This document shows positions 1 through 13,600 of a DNA stretch of 64,000 nt, in pieces. The stretch is from Mobula hypostoma (taxonomy: Eukaryota), in the NCBI RefSeq assembly GCF_963921235.1, contig NC_086102.1:152768001-152832000 (forward strand), given 5' to 3'. Under the pieces are notes generated by a model that was given only the letters and a program-made list of their open reading frames with translations, ran no database searches and was not told the DNA's origin. The stretch's first letter is position 1; every line of letters begins with the position of its first letter. The position numbers were made by a program, and so were the translations under genes.

Positions 1-49
1 TTCCAAATTTTTACGAGCTCCATGAGTTATCGCTAACTCTAATCATTCT

Positions 50-2775
50 GTAATGGGCTTAACTTCTAAATGCCCTCTGAAATAGCCCGTTAAGCCACTC
101 AAAGGAAGAATAAAACCAGATGGATATCATAGCACTGACCTAGGCACCAACTTCAGACACAAAATATTACTCCCAGCCCAGTCTATTTGCAAAACTCTCC
201 TCATGAAAATCTGGGGTGTGATGTATAAATTGGGACAGCTGTACCACAGACTAGTCAACCAACAGTCCAACAAGTCTTTTTTTGGAGAATCATACCTTGC
301 AACCATAGTCCCTGGTATGGATTAATCAGTGAAGACAACACATGAGTAGAAAAGAGCAGCACTGAGAGTTTGTAACATTGACTGCTGACCACATTATGCA
401 GTATCTTTACTCATCCATGTTGAAGTTCACCTGGAAAATTGATTGACTGATAACAGCAAAGACATAGAATGTACTATGGTTGATGGACCCTAATGTCACT
501 CATCCAGCACACCAATGACCAAATTGTCAAAGTCCCGAAGAACTTTGTTGTCAGACTAGGTAGGGGTTGAAATAATCTTCTTTTCCTCATCTTCACTGCA
601 GCTGTGCATCATACCAATAAGAGAAGTCACTACCATGAAGACCTATGTGGTAGTGATTTCTCTTATTGCTATCATGGTCCTTGTAAAGACAAAATTCTAT
701 ATTCATACGATACCTTCCACCATTTTGTAGAGCACTGTATTCATCCTAAATTAGATGGACTCAAAACTGTGACCTTAAAATTTACATCCATGAGACTCTG
801 AATCCATTAGCAGCAGAAATGTGCACCAATACAATCTAATCTCATAACCCATCTTATCTCTCATTCTATCATTACTATGAAATTAGGAGAGTAACCTTGG
901 GTCAATTATGGTGCAGGACTTGCAAAAGTAAAAAAAATGTTGATGCCAGTTTAGTGAAGCTGCAAGTAAACAGCAAAAATCAGTATGCAATAGATAAAAC
1001 TAAATCATCTCATAACCAACAGATCTGATTGAAACTCTGAGGTCCTACCACCTCAAGACATGAATCGTGGTGGACAGTTTGGTAGCTATTGGGAGTGTAA
1101 TGTTCCAATAATAAAACCATATTCACAGGTAGTGGGGACTAGTCTGTGAGTGCTAAAGGTGAGGTTACAGGATTTGCAATTACTGTCAGTTGGATGTATT
1201 GACTTGATTATTTATGTTAGCTTCATTATGAGATCTTAACATTGCACAGTCAATTCTATCCATTGAGTGTGATACCTTGAAACACCACAGAACTCTGGAT
1301 ACAGCAGAGGCTATTGAATCAGACAATATTACTGTAGTAGTACTGAAGACCTGTGCTCCAGAACTAATTGTGCCACAAGCCCAGTTGGTGCTTTACAGTC
1401 AATACATTAACATCTACCAACAATGTGAACAATTGCCTATAGAGGTTCTGTTCATGGAAATTCAATCCACAATCAGTGTGCCCTCATTTATCAGCCAAAT
1501 TAACTGAAACTGTGATATAGTTATAAAGTGGTCCCTACCCACCAATAGCCTTCTCACCACTTCCAGATTTGCATTTCCTGAGGACTACTCTGCTCCAGAA
1601 CAGATCATAGTCTTGGACCAAACATAGAACAAGGAGCTGATTTCTAGTGGCCAGATGTGAGTGATAGCACGTGACATAAAGATAGCATTTGACTCAGTGG
1701 CATCAAGAAACCCTGAGAACACTTGAATCGATGGTCATCATAAGGGAACACTCCACTAGATGGAGTCATACATCATACAAAGGATTGTGGTTGGTTAGTT
1801 TGAGGTTAATCATCTGAGTCCCAGGGCATCTCGAAAGGAGTTTCTCAGGAGAATACCTTAGGCACTACACCTTTCAGTTACTTTATCAATGATCTTCCTT
1901 TCATTGCACAGTCAAAAATGGGAGACTTTGCTGATGATTACATAATGTTGAATTCTAATTGCAACCTGTCAGAAAACGAAACGGTCTACAATTACATACT
2001 GTAAGATCTAAATAACATTTAAGCAACAGATGGTAAGTAGCAGTTAAAATTAAAGCGCTAGGCAATGACCATCCCTGGCAAGAAGGGATGTCAGGGATTC
2101 TTTCAAAATCAGTGGCATTACCATTATCAAGTCCCCTATCACCAACCCCCTGGTGTCACTATTGATGAGTAGCTCATTCAAACCAGCCACATAAATACTG
2201 TGGCTATAAGAACAGGTCAATGGTGGTTGATATTCATCAAGTGGCTCACCTCCTGGTAGCCTAAAGCCCATTCATTATCTGCAAAGCAGGTTAGGTGACA
2301 GAACCCGTTCCACACATGAAAGTCTTTACCTACCTGGATGAGTGCTACTCCACCAACTCTCAAGAAGCGCATTGCTATCCTGATCAAAGCAGTTTGCCTG
2401 ATTGGTTCGTCATCCACCACTTTGAACCTCAATATTGCTAGATACTGACTGCAGTGTGTACCTTCTATAAAATGCATTACACTGCAATTACTCACATCCA
2501 TTACACTAAAAGAGCTCTCCAAACCTATAAGTTCTACCAATAAGAAGCACAAGGATAACAAGTGCATGGAAACTGCAGGTTCCTCTTCAAATCATATACC
2601 ATTTATAAATAAGTTGCTCATTGCTAGGTCTAATTCCTGGAATTACCTACTCAACAGGGCCACAGGAATACCTTCAACAAGACTGTGGTGGTTCACAAAA
2701 GCAGCTATCACCTTCTCAATGACAATTAGGAATGAACAATAAATGCCACTTTGTCAAAGTAGCCCATTCCCCCCC
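50..2775 (+). mobile_element. Degenerate CR1/L2-group LINE (ORF2 remnants and 3' end)
   Basis: Decayed RT motifs at ~1835-1940 (GVSQ..LG...FINDLP...FADD); many stops. Boundaries approximate. Confidence 0.7.
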
Positions 2776-2992
2776 ACCCCCAAAATTTAAAAACTATCAT
2801 TTTCATCTATGTATGGCTAGCATATGCTTTTGCCAACTGAGCATTATGCATTAACCCAAGATGCAAGAAACAAATTTCCTATATCACCTTAGAAGTATTT
2901 TTAATATTATGTTGTCTTAAGTTTACCAACATAATAGTTATTCAAATCTTCCTCGATAGAACTGTTATAAATATTACACAACGCAATAGCAT

Positions 2993-3130
2993 ACATAGTC
3001 ATAGTCATACTTTATTGATCCCGGGGGAAATTGGTTTTCGTTACAGTTGTACCATAAATAATAAATAGTAATAGAACCATAAATAGTTAAATAGTAATAT
3101 GTAAACTATGCCAGTAATTTATGGTATATT
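2993..3130 (-). mobile_element. 3' tail of Rex1/Babar-like LINE with (GACTAT)n end
   Basis: Reverse complement of the 3' end seen at ~52075-52160. Confidence 0.7.
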
Positions 3131-4573
3131 ATGATGAATAGACAACATTCAGTTTTGGAAGTAAATGCATTTTATACCTAAGTTGACATTGTTTTAAATT
3201 AAATGAGGAATATTATATCAATATTGCAGGACAGTTTGTTCTAATATTCCTTAGCTCATGTCTTAAAATAAAACATTTTTATTGAGCAAAAATGCATTAC
3301 TTTTAAAACATAGAGACAGATATTTAAACTGTCAAAAATTTAATCTGGAAGTAAATTTATCTAAAGAAAAATAGGTGATATTTTGGTTACTTAGATGTTT
3401 CAATTATAAAGTAAACAATTGACAAACTATAACGTAACTGCTGTCTGTTGTGTGTTTTATTAAAGCCTTAAAGTATTGAGCCAAATCTTAATGGTAGGTA
3501 CCAGCAGTTCCACAGTAAACTGCTGGCAATTACCCCTGTAAATGTCAGCAAACTTGGGACTTCAGTGCATGTAATTCAAATACAGAAATCCTGAATGCTG
3601 ATGGATTTCAGCTGGTGAATTCTGAGGTACTGCAGCTACTAGACAGCACATGTGGAATCTGCTCACAGATATTGAGCGGGGTTAAATATGCATAGGATCT
3701 GTGAATCCATGATTGATTTCAATAGACATAACAGGGGCAAAAAAGAAAGGTAAAGGAAGGTGATAATTAGTTAATTATTTGTTATTGAATAATCATTTTT
3801 AAATTATTCAAATGTGTTTTGGATACTTTTGAGTTTAATTTATTTATTAAAAGTTTATTTCCTTTCTTAAATTTTAGATTACCTCTGAACATCAAGAATA
3901 TTCACAATCATTCCAAAAGTTTGGGGGCATTGACAGATATTGGGCACAGGGCTTTGGATAGGAAGAATTGTCTTTGCTGTTTACTGGAAGTTTCTTACAG
4001 TTTCATTATGGGATACAATTATACCATACAAGTCTCTGTTTTCTTGCAGTGCATCACTGACAGGGTCCTGACAGGTCAGTAAACTAGTTTGGATCTTGGG
4101 TCTAAACCTCATAAGTCTGAGCCCACTCCACAAAATTCTGGTTATTAGTACAAACCACATAGATGTCTTCCAATAATTTTCATTATTATTACATTTCTGA
4201 CAAAATGTTCCAAAATTCTTTATAAGGAACCAAGCTGTAAAAAAGTGGTAATGCACCATGAAGCTGGGTGCCAACCACCGTAAAACAAGACGGAGAAGAA
4301 GCTGTAAAAAAAGGTCATATGGATCAAAGGTGACATCAAGTTTTGAAGTTGCTTTTATATTTATAATAAAGGTCTAAAACAGTGACATAGTACATTTATG
4401 ATAAATGAAGACTTGCCAGCATCAACAGTTAGGAGAAAAGTACTTCTGCGGAAAAAAAAACAGAACAAAGGGTGAAAGGTGGTAACAGGTGTGATTTATA
4501 AGTAGGGACAATGGTTTAAAAATTATGTTATTAATTGCATTGGGTTACTACCTGCCATTTTGTCCATTCTCAC

Positions 4574-4678
4574 CTGCGGAATGAATTGCTTCCCAGTACT
4601 GCTTTTTCATCACACTCAGAACTTCAAGTGATCTTGCCCCCATTTCCTGTTTTTGATAGTCATTGCTCTGCAACATCC
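4574..4678 (-). CDS. ANKAR: ANKAR exon (105 nt), start of armadillo region; not in ORF track
   Basis: ttttag|GG ... GCAG|gtgaga; GMLQSNDYQKQEMGARSLEVLSVMKKQYWEAIHSA. Confidence 0.9.
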
Positions 4679-7600
4679 CTAAAAAGGTAATAAATGATGA
4701 GCCTGATTTTTAATCAAAGTTTTGTTTAGATGCAGTGAAAAAGTTTGATACGTTTTTTATAAATTTTTCAATGCTGATAAGAACTGGCCTCATTTAGTGA
4801 TACATTAAAATTGATTTTAATAAGAAATCTATTTCTTAATGCATCATTTACTTTATTTCAGTTAATTTTATGTCTTAATCATTTTGGGTGTGAAGTCAGT
4901 CTGGCATTAAAATGGTTTAGGGATGATCAACAAAGAAATTACGTTGCAAGTTAGAGCAGAAAAGCAGAGCTTGTGCAGACTCTCGGTGGTGTCAAAACAT
5001 AATTAACTTCCTGCTCCAAATATTTTTGTAGCTTTGTACCTTTGGGTTTACTCTCCATTGATAGCAAGGAAATGCTACTCTCTTGATATCAAGTAGTATT
5101 TTACAATAAATCATCATCTTCCATCTTTTCTTAAAAGTTGGTTTAAACACCCTATGTTATTATTTGAATAAAAGCAGAGAACTGTTCTGAATTATATTTA
5201 TCTGCCAAGCAACATCAGCAAAATACATTATCTAGTTCCTTACTTTATTATCATCCGTCGACCCCTTCTGTGTGGAAAATAGCTGCTGCTTTTCCTACAT
5301 CAAATATTGATTTCATCTCATCTAATAGTATTTCAGTGACTGCGAAGCTATAAAAATAGAATTATTTTAGCTATTAACCACACTTCCTGCTTGGCCAGAT
5401 TGTTCTCCTTCATGTTGACACAGTTCCAGTGGGCCCATGGTGGGCCAACTACACCCAGCGCTCTTTGGAATCGAGGCCAACCAGTCTTACATGCATTCGC
5501 ACAACCTGGACTGCTACCACAGGGGTAAAAATGCATAGAAGAAGGAAAACTGACTAACGAGAATCACTATGGACTCTGCAGTATGAAATATGCAGCAAGT
5601 TGAGATGAGGAAACCCTCAGAAGTGATGAGCAGCTCATACAAAATGCTTATGTACCAGCATTTTGTATGAGGTGTTCTGTCACTCATACAAAACACTTTT
5701 CTGGGAAAGGTAAGGATCATCTATGAAGGTGTTGTGTATTTAATATTTCAGTAATATTTGAGTGATATTGTAAATATATTATTTGATCAAGCATTCTTTG
5801 TTAGTTACATAACTCATTATGGATTATATGTAAAAGTATGTGAATGGCACCCATCATTACGCCACCATGTCACAAGTGTGCACCACACTAAGGTAAGAAC
5901 AAAGTACACATTATCCTCGAGTTCCAGTGTTTTCCTTTCGGTTCTTTTTGGAATTAGAAAACGTGACAGTGGCGACAAGTAAATTTAAAAATGAACTTGA
6001 GATGACTACCTACCTATTGAAGCACAGCAAGATGTTTGAGTTTTTTAAAAAAAAGCACCACACATTTTTTCTTCAGAAAAGGGACAGAGACGCTCCACTT
6101 AAGAATAAAGTGTGGTATGTGTCTCTTTGAAAGAGGACAGAGATGGTTGAGACAAAAAAAGCAGAAAACAGATGAATTTCATGGGTTCATAAACAGTGAG
6201 TATTGGGTGATAATAATTTTTTTTTAAAAAGTAAAAATGGCTGGCTACATTGGAAAGATAGATACATTCAATTGCACAAAAGATAACTGGCTGATGTATA
6301 CTGAACGAACTGAGCAGGATCTTGAAGCAAATAAAATAGCCAGTGAGAGATGAAGGCCAGTTTTGCTGAGTGCATTTGGTGAAAGAGCATACAGTTTGCT
6401 TAGAGGTTTGACTGGTCCAACCAAACAAGCCAAATTGAGCTTTGCTGATATCATGAACATAATGAAACAACATTTAGAATGGAAACCATTGTTGATTGCA
6501 GAATGCTTTAAGTTTCATAAGCAGAAACAAAATGCAGGGGAGTCCATTACAGCTTATGTAAGTGAATTGAAGAGATTGTTCAAGCATTGTCATTTTCATG
6601 ATGGGCTTAACGATGCTCTGAGAGGTCACTTAGTTTGTGGAAACTTACAAGAAAGCATTCAAAACAGGTCCTCAATAAAGCACAACTCACATTTAAAAGA
6701 GCAGTTGGAATTGCTGTATCAACGAAAGCAGCAACCAGAGGCACAATTTAGTTGCAGTCAGAAATAACAGTAGACGTGAACAAAATTGCAACATCTAAAC
6801 AGAGTGGCCAAACAAATTGTGTTACCATTGCGGCTGGGGCTCACATACACCAGACCAATGCAGGTTTAAAGGTGAAACTTGCAGAAAATGTAATGAAGTA
6901 AGACTCATACAAAGAACATGCCAGGCAGTCAAAAATAAATGGATTGCACAGGAAAGAGAAAAGGATAAAAGTCAAGTTACAGTATCAAAAAGAGCACTAA
7001 TCAGCATGCTGTTGATGAAAAATCTGATAATGATGAGAGTAATGAGGGTTGGGTAGCCTTGAGGTTTACAAAGTGAAAACTAACGAGAGACAAGCAATAT
7101 GGCTTACACCAGAACTGAATGGTGACTTAATTAAAATGGAATTGGACACTGGCTCAGCTGTTTTAACCATTACAAAAAAATGAATTTGAATGGCATTTCA
7201 AAGATACCAAACTGAAGACTGCAGATATTTAATTGAGAACTTAGTATGGAGAAAAGATAACTCTTGTGGTAATGACATTCAAAACAGTGAAATACAACAA
7301 CCAGAAGTTACATTGGACTTATATGTGGTAGAAACAGGACGGCCAGCAATGTGAGGCCATGATTGGCTGAGAGAACTACGACTTGATTGGAGACCATCCA
7401 CCAGTTGCATGCCATATCCCCTGCAACAGAGTCAACTGAAAGCAAATTAAGAAAAGTACTGCATGATGCCACAGCAGTGTTTAAGGATGGCAGTGGAAAA
7501 CTCAAATGCCACACCCAAGGTTTACCATCTGTGATAAAGTAACTAGTGAGTTAGATTGCATGGAGGGAGAAGGAATTCTTCCTTTGAGTGGAACGCACAG

Positions 7601-10600
7601 TCAATGCCAGTGGTCCCAGTAGCCAAGAATAATGGGTCTGTCAGGATCTGTGGTGATTTTAAGGTCATCATCAACCCAGTACTGAAAGTAGATCAATACC
7701 CTCACTTCAACAAAGCGGACTTAGCCAAGGCCTACCTACAGATGGAGATGGAAGAAGAGTCCAAAGTGATTCTCATCATAAATACTCACAAAGGGCTTTA
7801 TCACTATAATACACTTATTTTTGGAGTAGTATCTACACCTGCAATCTGGCAGAAAACTATGGACCAGGTACAGCAAGGCTACCTAGGCACTCAGTGCTAC
7901 AGTGGTAACATCATTGTTACTGGTGAGGATGATGAGAAACATCTCCAAAATCTCAAGATGGTGTTAAAAAGATTAGAATATTATGGTCTCAGAGCATGAT
8001 GCGGTAAGTGCTGTGCTCTGCTTAAAATCAAGCATCGCTTACTGTGGTCATACCATCGATGTACAAGATTTGTAAGATTTGTTAATTACTGTAACAGGTT
8101 CTTGCCAGACGTGGCTGCTGTGCTTCACCTCTTGAACTCATTGCTACAGATCAGAAAGAAATAGCAGTGGACAAAGTAGTGTGATGTGGCTTTCCAAAAG
8201 GCAAAGGAAATGGTGACATCAGACAATGTACTCACACATTATGATCCACATCATCCAGTGAAGCTTGCCTGACCTCTTGCCTTGTGGTATAGGTGCAGTC
8301 ATGTCACATGTTATGAGTGATGGAAGTGAACACCTCAATATTTTTGCATCACGTTCTTTTACTGCTGCAGGGAAAAATTATGCACAGATTGGAGTGCAAC
8401 ACATTTCCAACCAATACTTGTATAGGAAAGAGTTTACCTTCATTACTGATTGTCAACTACTAGTGTCCATTTTCAGTCCACAGAAGGGTATTCCACTAAC
8501 AGTAGCAGCACGAATGCAGAGATGGGCTCTGTTCTTTTTGGAGGGCACAAATTACAAGATCAAATTCAAGAGGACAACTAATCATGTAAATGCTGATGGA
8601 TTGTCCTATTTACACTTGGAAAAGGAAATACTTTAAAAATTTGCAAATGAAGACACTCCTCTGGACGTATTCTCCCTAACACAAATCAAAAGTGACCCAA
8701 TTAAGGTAGAGATGATCTGAAGGGAAACCAGAAAAGATCCCTCACTATCTCAGGTCACGTGGCCACCCAAAATGGCTAGAATGTGAAGCAGAACTTCCAA
8801 GTTTCCCATTTTTACCAGTGCCAGGAGGAACTTGCCCTTTGACAGAGGTTGCCTTATGTGAGGATTGAGAGTTGTTGTACCATTCAAGCTAAGAGCTAAA
8901 CTGTTGGAGAAACTATGTGGCAGTCATCTAGGATGGTCAAAATGAAAGAGTTGGCTCGAAGCCTTGTCTGGTGGATTGGAATATATTAGTAGATTGGGCA
9001 GCCTGCCGTGCACTGTTCAGAGTGTCAACGTGTCCAGAAGATGCCAAGAGAGGTGCCTCTCCAACCCTGGGAATGGTCTGCATTGCCTTTACGGAGGATT
9101 CATGTGGATTTTGATGGACCATTCAGGGCTACAAGTTTCTTGGTAGTAGTGGATATAACTAGAAAATGTCCAGAAGTCCCTTGCACTCATGCTTGAATCT
9201 CTTCTAAACCCAATTTCAGAAGGAGTATGCAGGACAAACAGCTGAGATAAATTAAAGGCTCCCCAAACAAGGAGGTCTGATGTTTCACTCCTGGATAAAC
9301 AGTACTGGCAAGGGACTGGAGAGGTGATCAAAAGTGGGTACTTGGAAAGATTAAAGACAAAACTAGACCACACTCTTACTCAGTGGAAATTACATCCAAT
9401 TTCATCTGGAGACGTCACATCAATCAGTAGAGGACAACAGTCAATTGTTAGAGAAGAATAATGTACAAAGCTGTCAGAACCACTTCCTGCAATCCCAGAG
9501 TCAACTCCTACAACCATCACAGAGGAGACTCCAGATCCTGAGATTGTTTCACAGCCACAATTATGTATCTAATACTTAAGCAATATTGTAAATATATTGT
9601 TTGATTAAGCATTCTTTATTATTTACGTAATTAATATGGGTTTTATGTAAAGTATGTGAATGACATACGTTATTATGCCACCATGTCCTAAGTGCGCACC
9701 TCACTAAAGTAAGAACTTAGAACACATGTTATCCTGGGCTCCCATGTTTTTCTTTTGATTAGTTTTGGAATCACAATGCATAATAGATATTTTGGGCTGA
9801 GATCCTTCATCAGTGCATGGATCACCTTTAGGCTTTGACAATGAACGGAGTGACTCTGAATGTATCACTGAGTTGAGCTCAGATAATTCCCCTTCTATAT
9901 CTACACGAAGATTCTGAAGATGGACATTAATCTGTAGAGACTAATCAGTAGTCTATCTTTTTCATAGACAGAATCATTTGCAAGGTTAGAATCAGTGCTA
10001 GATATTCTGCTGACAGCTAATGAGCCTCAAGTATTTAGCTGGGAGATATGATGGCCATGGTCCTCCAAAATATCTGCACATGGACTATAAATACTGCTCA
10101 TGGCTTGGATAAACAAGTACAGGTGCTGTCTACTGCACTTGTAGTTAATGTACTCAGAGAAAAAATATACTACTGCCAAAATAATTTAGTCATAGAATCC
10201 CATAGCCGCATGACACTGATACAGACCATTGAGGTCTAAATTATTTACTGCCTGTCTGTGTGTAGAAACAATGGACTGAGAATCTGTTGTGCACCCTAGC
10301 AGTATGCTTTAGGACCTCCACCAACAACCTACTCCTCTTCTAATTCCTACTACATTAAATCTAAATCCATCTCGATGGCAAGGATAAGGAGCATGCAGTG
10401 TATAAGAATAAGTACCCACCCTTTCCTGGATAAAATTACAGCGAGTTCCAGATCAGTCTAAGCAACAGAATGAGGAATCTTAAGGTATACTGCAGTATGT
10501 TCCTGTGACAGAGGTTATATCATCCTTAATACAAAAATAATATTTATCTAATCCAGTAATATTATTGTGATATACAAAATATAGAAATAATTAGACAAAG

Positions 10601-13600
10601 CAGCAGATACATGCCTTTAAGAAGATTCCAAACGTGTAGCTCTGGGATATTCTGCTCAATTATGAATGTAAGAATATTAGTGTTGAAGTAGAGTGCTGCT
10701 AAATGAACAACATTGTTCCCTTCACTGTCAGTCTTTAATATATTGGCTCCTAGAGATAGTAGATATTGAAGTGCATCAAATGCACCAGCCATTGTAGCAA
10801 GTAATAATGGAGTTGCATGGTATCTAAACCAAGAAGCAATAAAATTAAATAATTTAATTTGGAGAAATCAATATCTAGCTTAATATATTTATAACTTAAC
10901 AACACAGATGTTCTTTTGGACGGGGGTGTACCAAGGGAGTGGTAGAGGTTGAGGACATATGCCCTCAATTCAGCTCTCATTTTGAAAATACCATCCTGTT
11001 TTGATCTTTGAACTATCCTTCATTCCACCACTCCAATTATACTACATTTGCAAACCTGCTGTATTTGATCAGGAGATGAGCTCCCATTTAATTGCATTGA
11101 TTAATAAACGGTATCCGCTCCTTCCACCTCATTAAAATCACCAGTTCCATTTTTGCCTCAGCACATCTACAGCCTTGTTAGCTCCAAAAAAAACTATTCT
11201 ACCACTCTCCTGGCTGGCGTCATATTTTCTACATTCTATAAATAACCTCTTCAAAACTCTGCCAACCATGTTCTAATTTGTATCATATTACTCCATTACT
11301 CTTAAATTCACTAATTTAAATTAGCTCCAGTACACAATTTTTAAAAGTGTTTTTTTTGGTTCCTTAAGATTGTTATAGCCAGGGCTGGTAACGGGAACAA
11401 GCTCCCACTGCCTATTAAATGTTCCCAATGGCGTGCGCCTCAAATAACCTCGACGACCAAATCCAGCTCCTGGTCTTCATGTGTGGCTTAGCTACTAAGC
11501 CCGGCAGAACCGTTCCTACTGACAAGGCAAAGCCAGGTTAGTGGCGCCTTAAAAACAGTCGATTCAGGCAGATGGGGCTTGTCAGCTGTGGTTGGCAACT
11601 CATCTAGGAGAAGGAAAACTCCGATCTCAAAGCTCCGCTGCCTTGTGGCTATACCCACTCATGGGGACAGTTTGGGAGTAAACTCCAAGGGAAAAATCTG
11701 GAGCTGGAGTCTCTAAGGCAGTTCTACATTAAATTCAATGCTGACTGACGATTACTGCGATGCTTCTGGTACCAAACTGTATCGGTTTCTGCCATTCCTT
11801 TGGGTTCATCCGATGCAGGGAGAGGAGCTTGCAACATGGGCAACAGCTTGCTCTCCATATCATACTGCCCAGGCTTGCGTATCTAGACAGCTAGGACACA
11901 ACACCCACGGTCAACTCTGACCGACGGCTGCCTCTACAACACAACTTTAAAGCTGTTATTTTGTAATCCCACTTTGGCTTTACCGCTTCCTATATCTGTA
12001 GCCTCCCCTACATCACTCTTCCCCTCATTTTGCCTTAACCTTCTGAGGTATCTGCATTCATCTAATAGTGGGCTCTTGCACATCCCCAATAGTAAAGCAC
12101 ACCACCTACAATAATTATATTTATTGCTGCCCATCGTCCCCACTCTGGAACACCTTCATTTAACTGTTCTTATTCAATTTTCACGTATAAACTGATCCTT
12201 AAAACCTATTTCTTGATTAAGTTTGTTGTTGTTTTTCCGAATAGCTCCAAATGTGGTTCATAGTCAATTTTTGAAATATAATGCTCTTATAAAAGCACCT
12301 TGGTGTACTTATTACAGTAACGATAATTGCTTAGAAATTCATCCTCTAATGGAACTGCTAAACACTATATTGATTTCAAAAGAATGAATTTCAGTGCAGA
12401 TATCACATCCTGATATAGTTAACATTACTAACTGAGGATGAACTTCCAATCAACTTTATAAATGTATTGTTACAGAAATAGCTAGGAGAGAACATCTGTT
12501 TTATTACTTTTGCCACCACTCCACCCAACCCTGCTGGTGATTGAGATCAAAAATACACAGTATTTGAAAATTTGACATCTGCGCAAGCGCATTTCTATTT
12601 TATAACAATGTTATGTTCGTGTTTTGTGAATCTAGACTTTTTATTCCATTTGTTCCAGAATCATCCTATATTGAGTATAGAGTAAGAATGTATTTACAAT
12701 TCTAAAGCGAGCACTACAAATGCAAAATAAAAGAATGGACATCACTCCACTTCAGTACATTGTCTCAGCCTTTGAAATACAATGATTCATCAATATTATT
12801 GTTGGTGAAAGCCAGACATTGACAGAAAAAACATTACTGATGTTTCACTCATAATGTAATGTACAAAAGGCACAAGCAATTGCAAATAAACATAGTCACT
12901 TTGTTTTTATTATTTAAATATTTAAATTATTTAATTTTGTGTTCTTAATTATTTGTCTCCAATATATAGGCAACGTAACACTTACTCAGCTGATGTCTCT
13001 AGCTCTAACAGTTTGGGATCCTTTCTATGCAGAACTCTAATGCAGGAAATGTTGTCAAAAAATGCGGCAAAGTGCATTGCTGTCCACCCTCGTGCATCAG
13101 TCATGGTATGTTCTGCCCGCAATGCTATCAGGCAATTCAGAACACCAAGTGAACCGCACTTTGCTGCCAAATGCAAACCTGTTTGACCTACAAGCGAAAC
13201 AATTACAAGTTGAAACAGAAAATAACCTTGATACTTTGTTAGTTAGATTACAATAGAATCTTAACAGATTTTAAATAACAGGCTGAGGTTGTGGAGCCAG
13301 GTTCTATCAGCAACGCAAGTGCTGGGTGAGGCGGGAACTGCAGCAGCTAGTGAACTTGTCACTCAGAGCTGGACCAATATCTATATGACAAGGTTTGCTC
13401 ATGCTTTGGGGATGATTTAACTAATTTGGCATGCGTTTGGAACTAGAATGTAGAATCAGGATGGAGGAAAATATATCCAAAAGAATACACAGCACCATAG
13501 GAAATAGTGCTGTATTACATAGGAGTAGACAAGATGTAATACAGGAAGACCTTGGACAAATCCACTAAGCAAGGTATGTTAATCTACTGAACTGCAAGTG

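Noticed and set aside
3440-4082. Possible further ANKAR exon or plus-strand exon
   Set aside because: No frame resembles the expected armadillo repeat; the next ANKAR exon probably lies left of the window.
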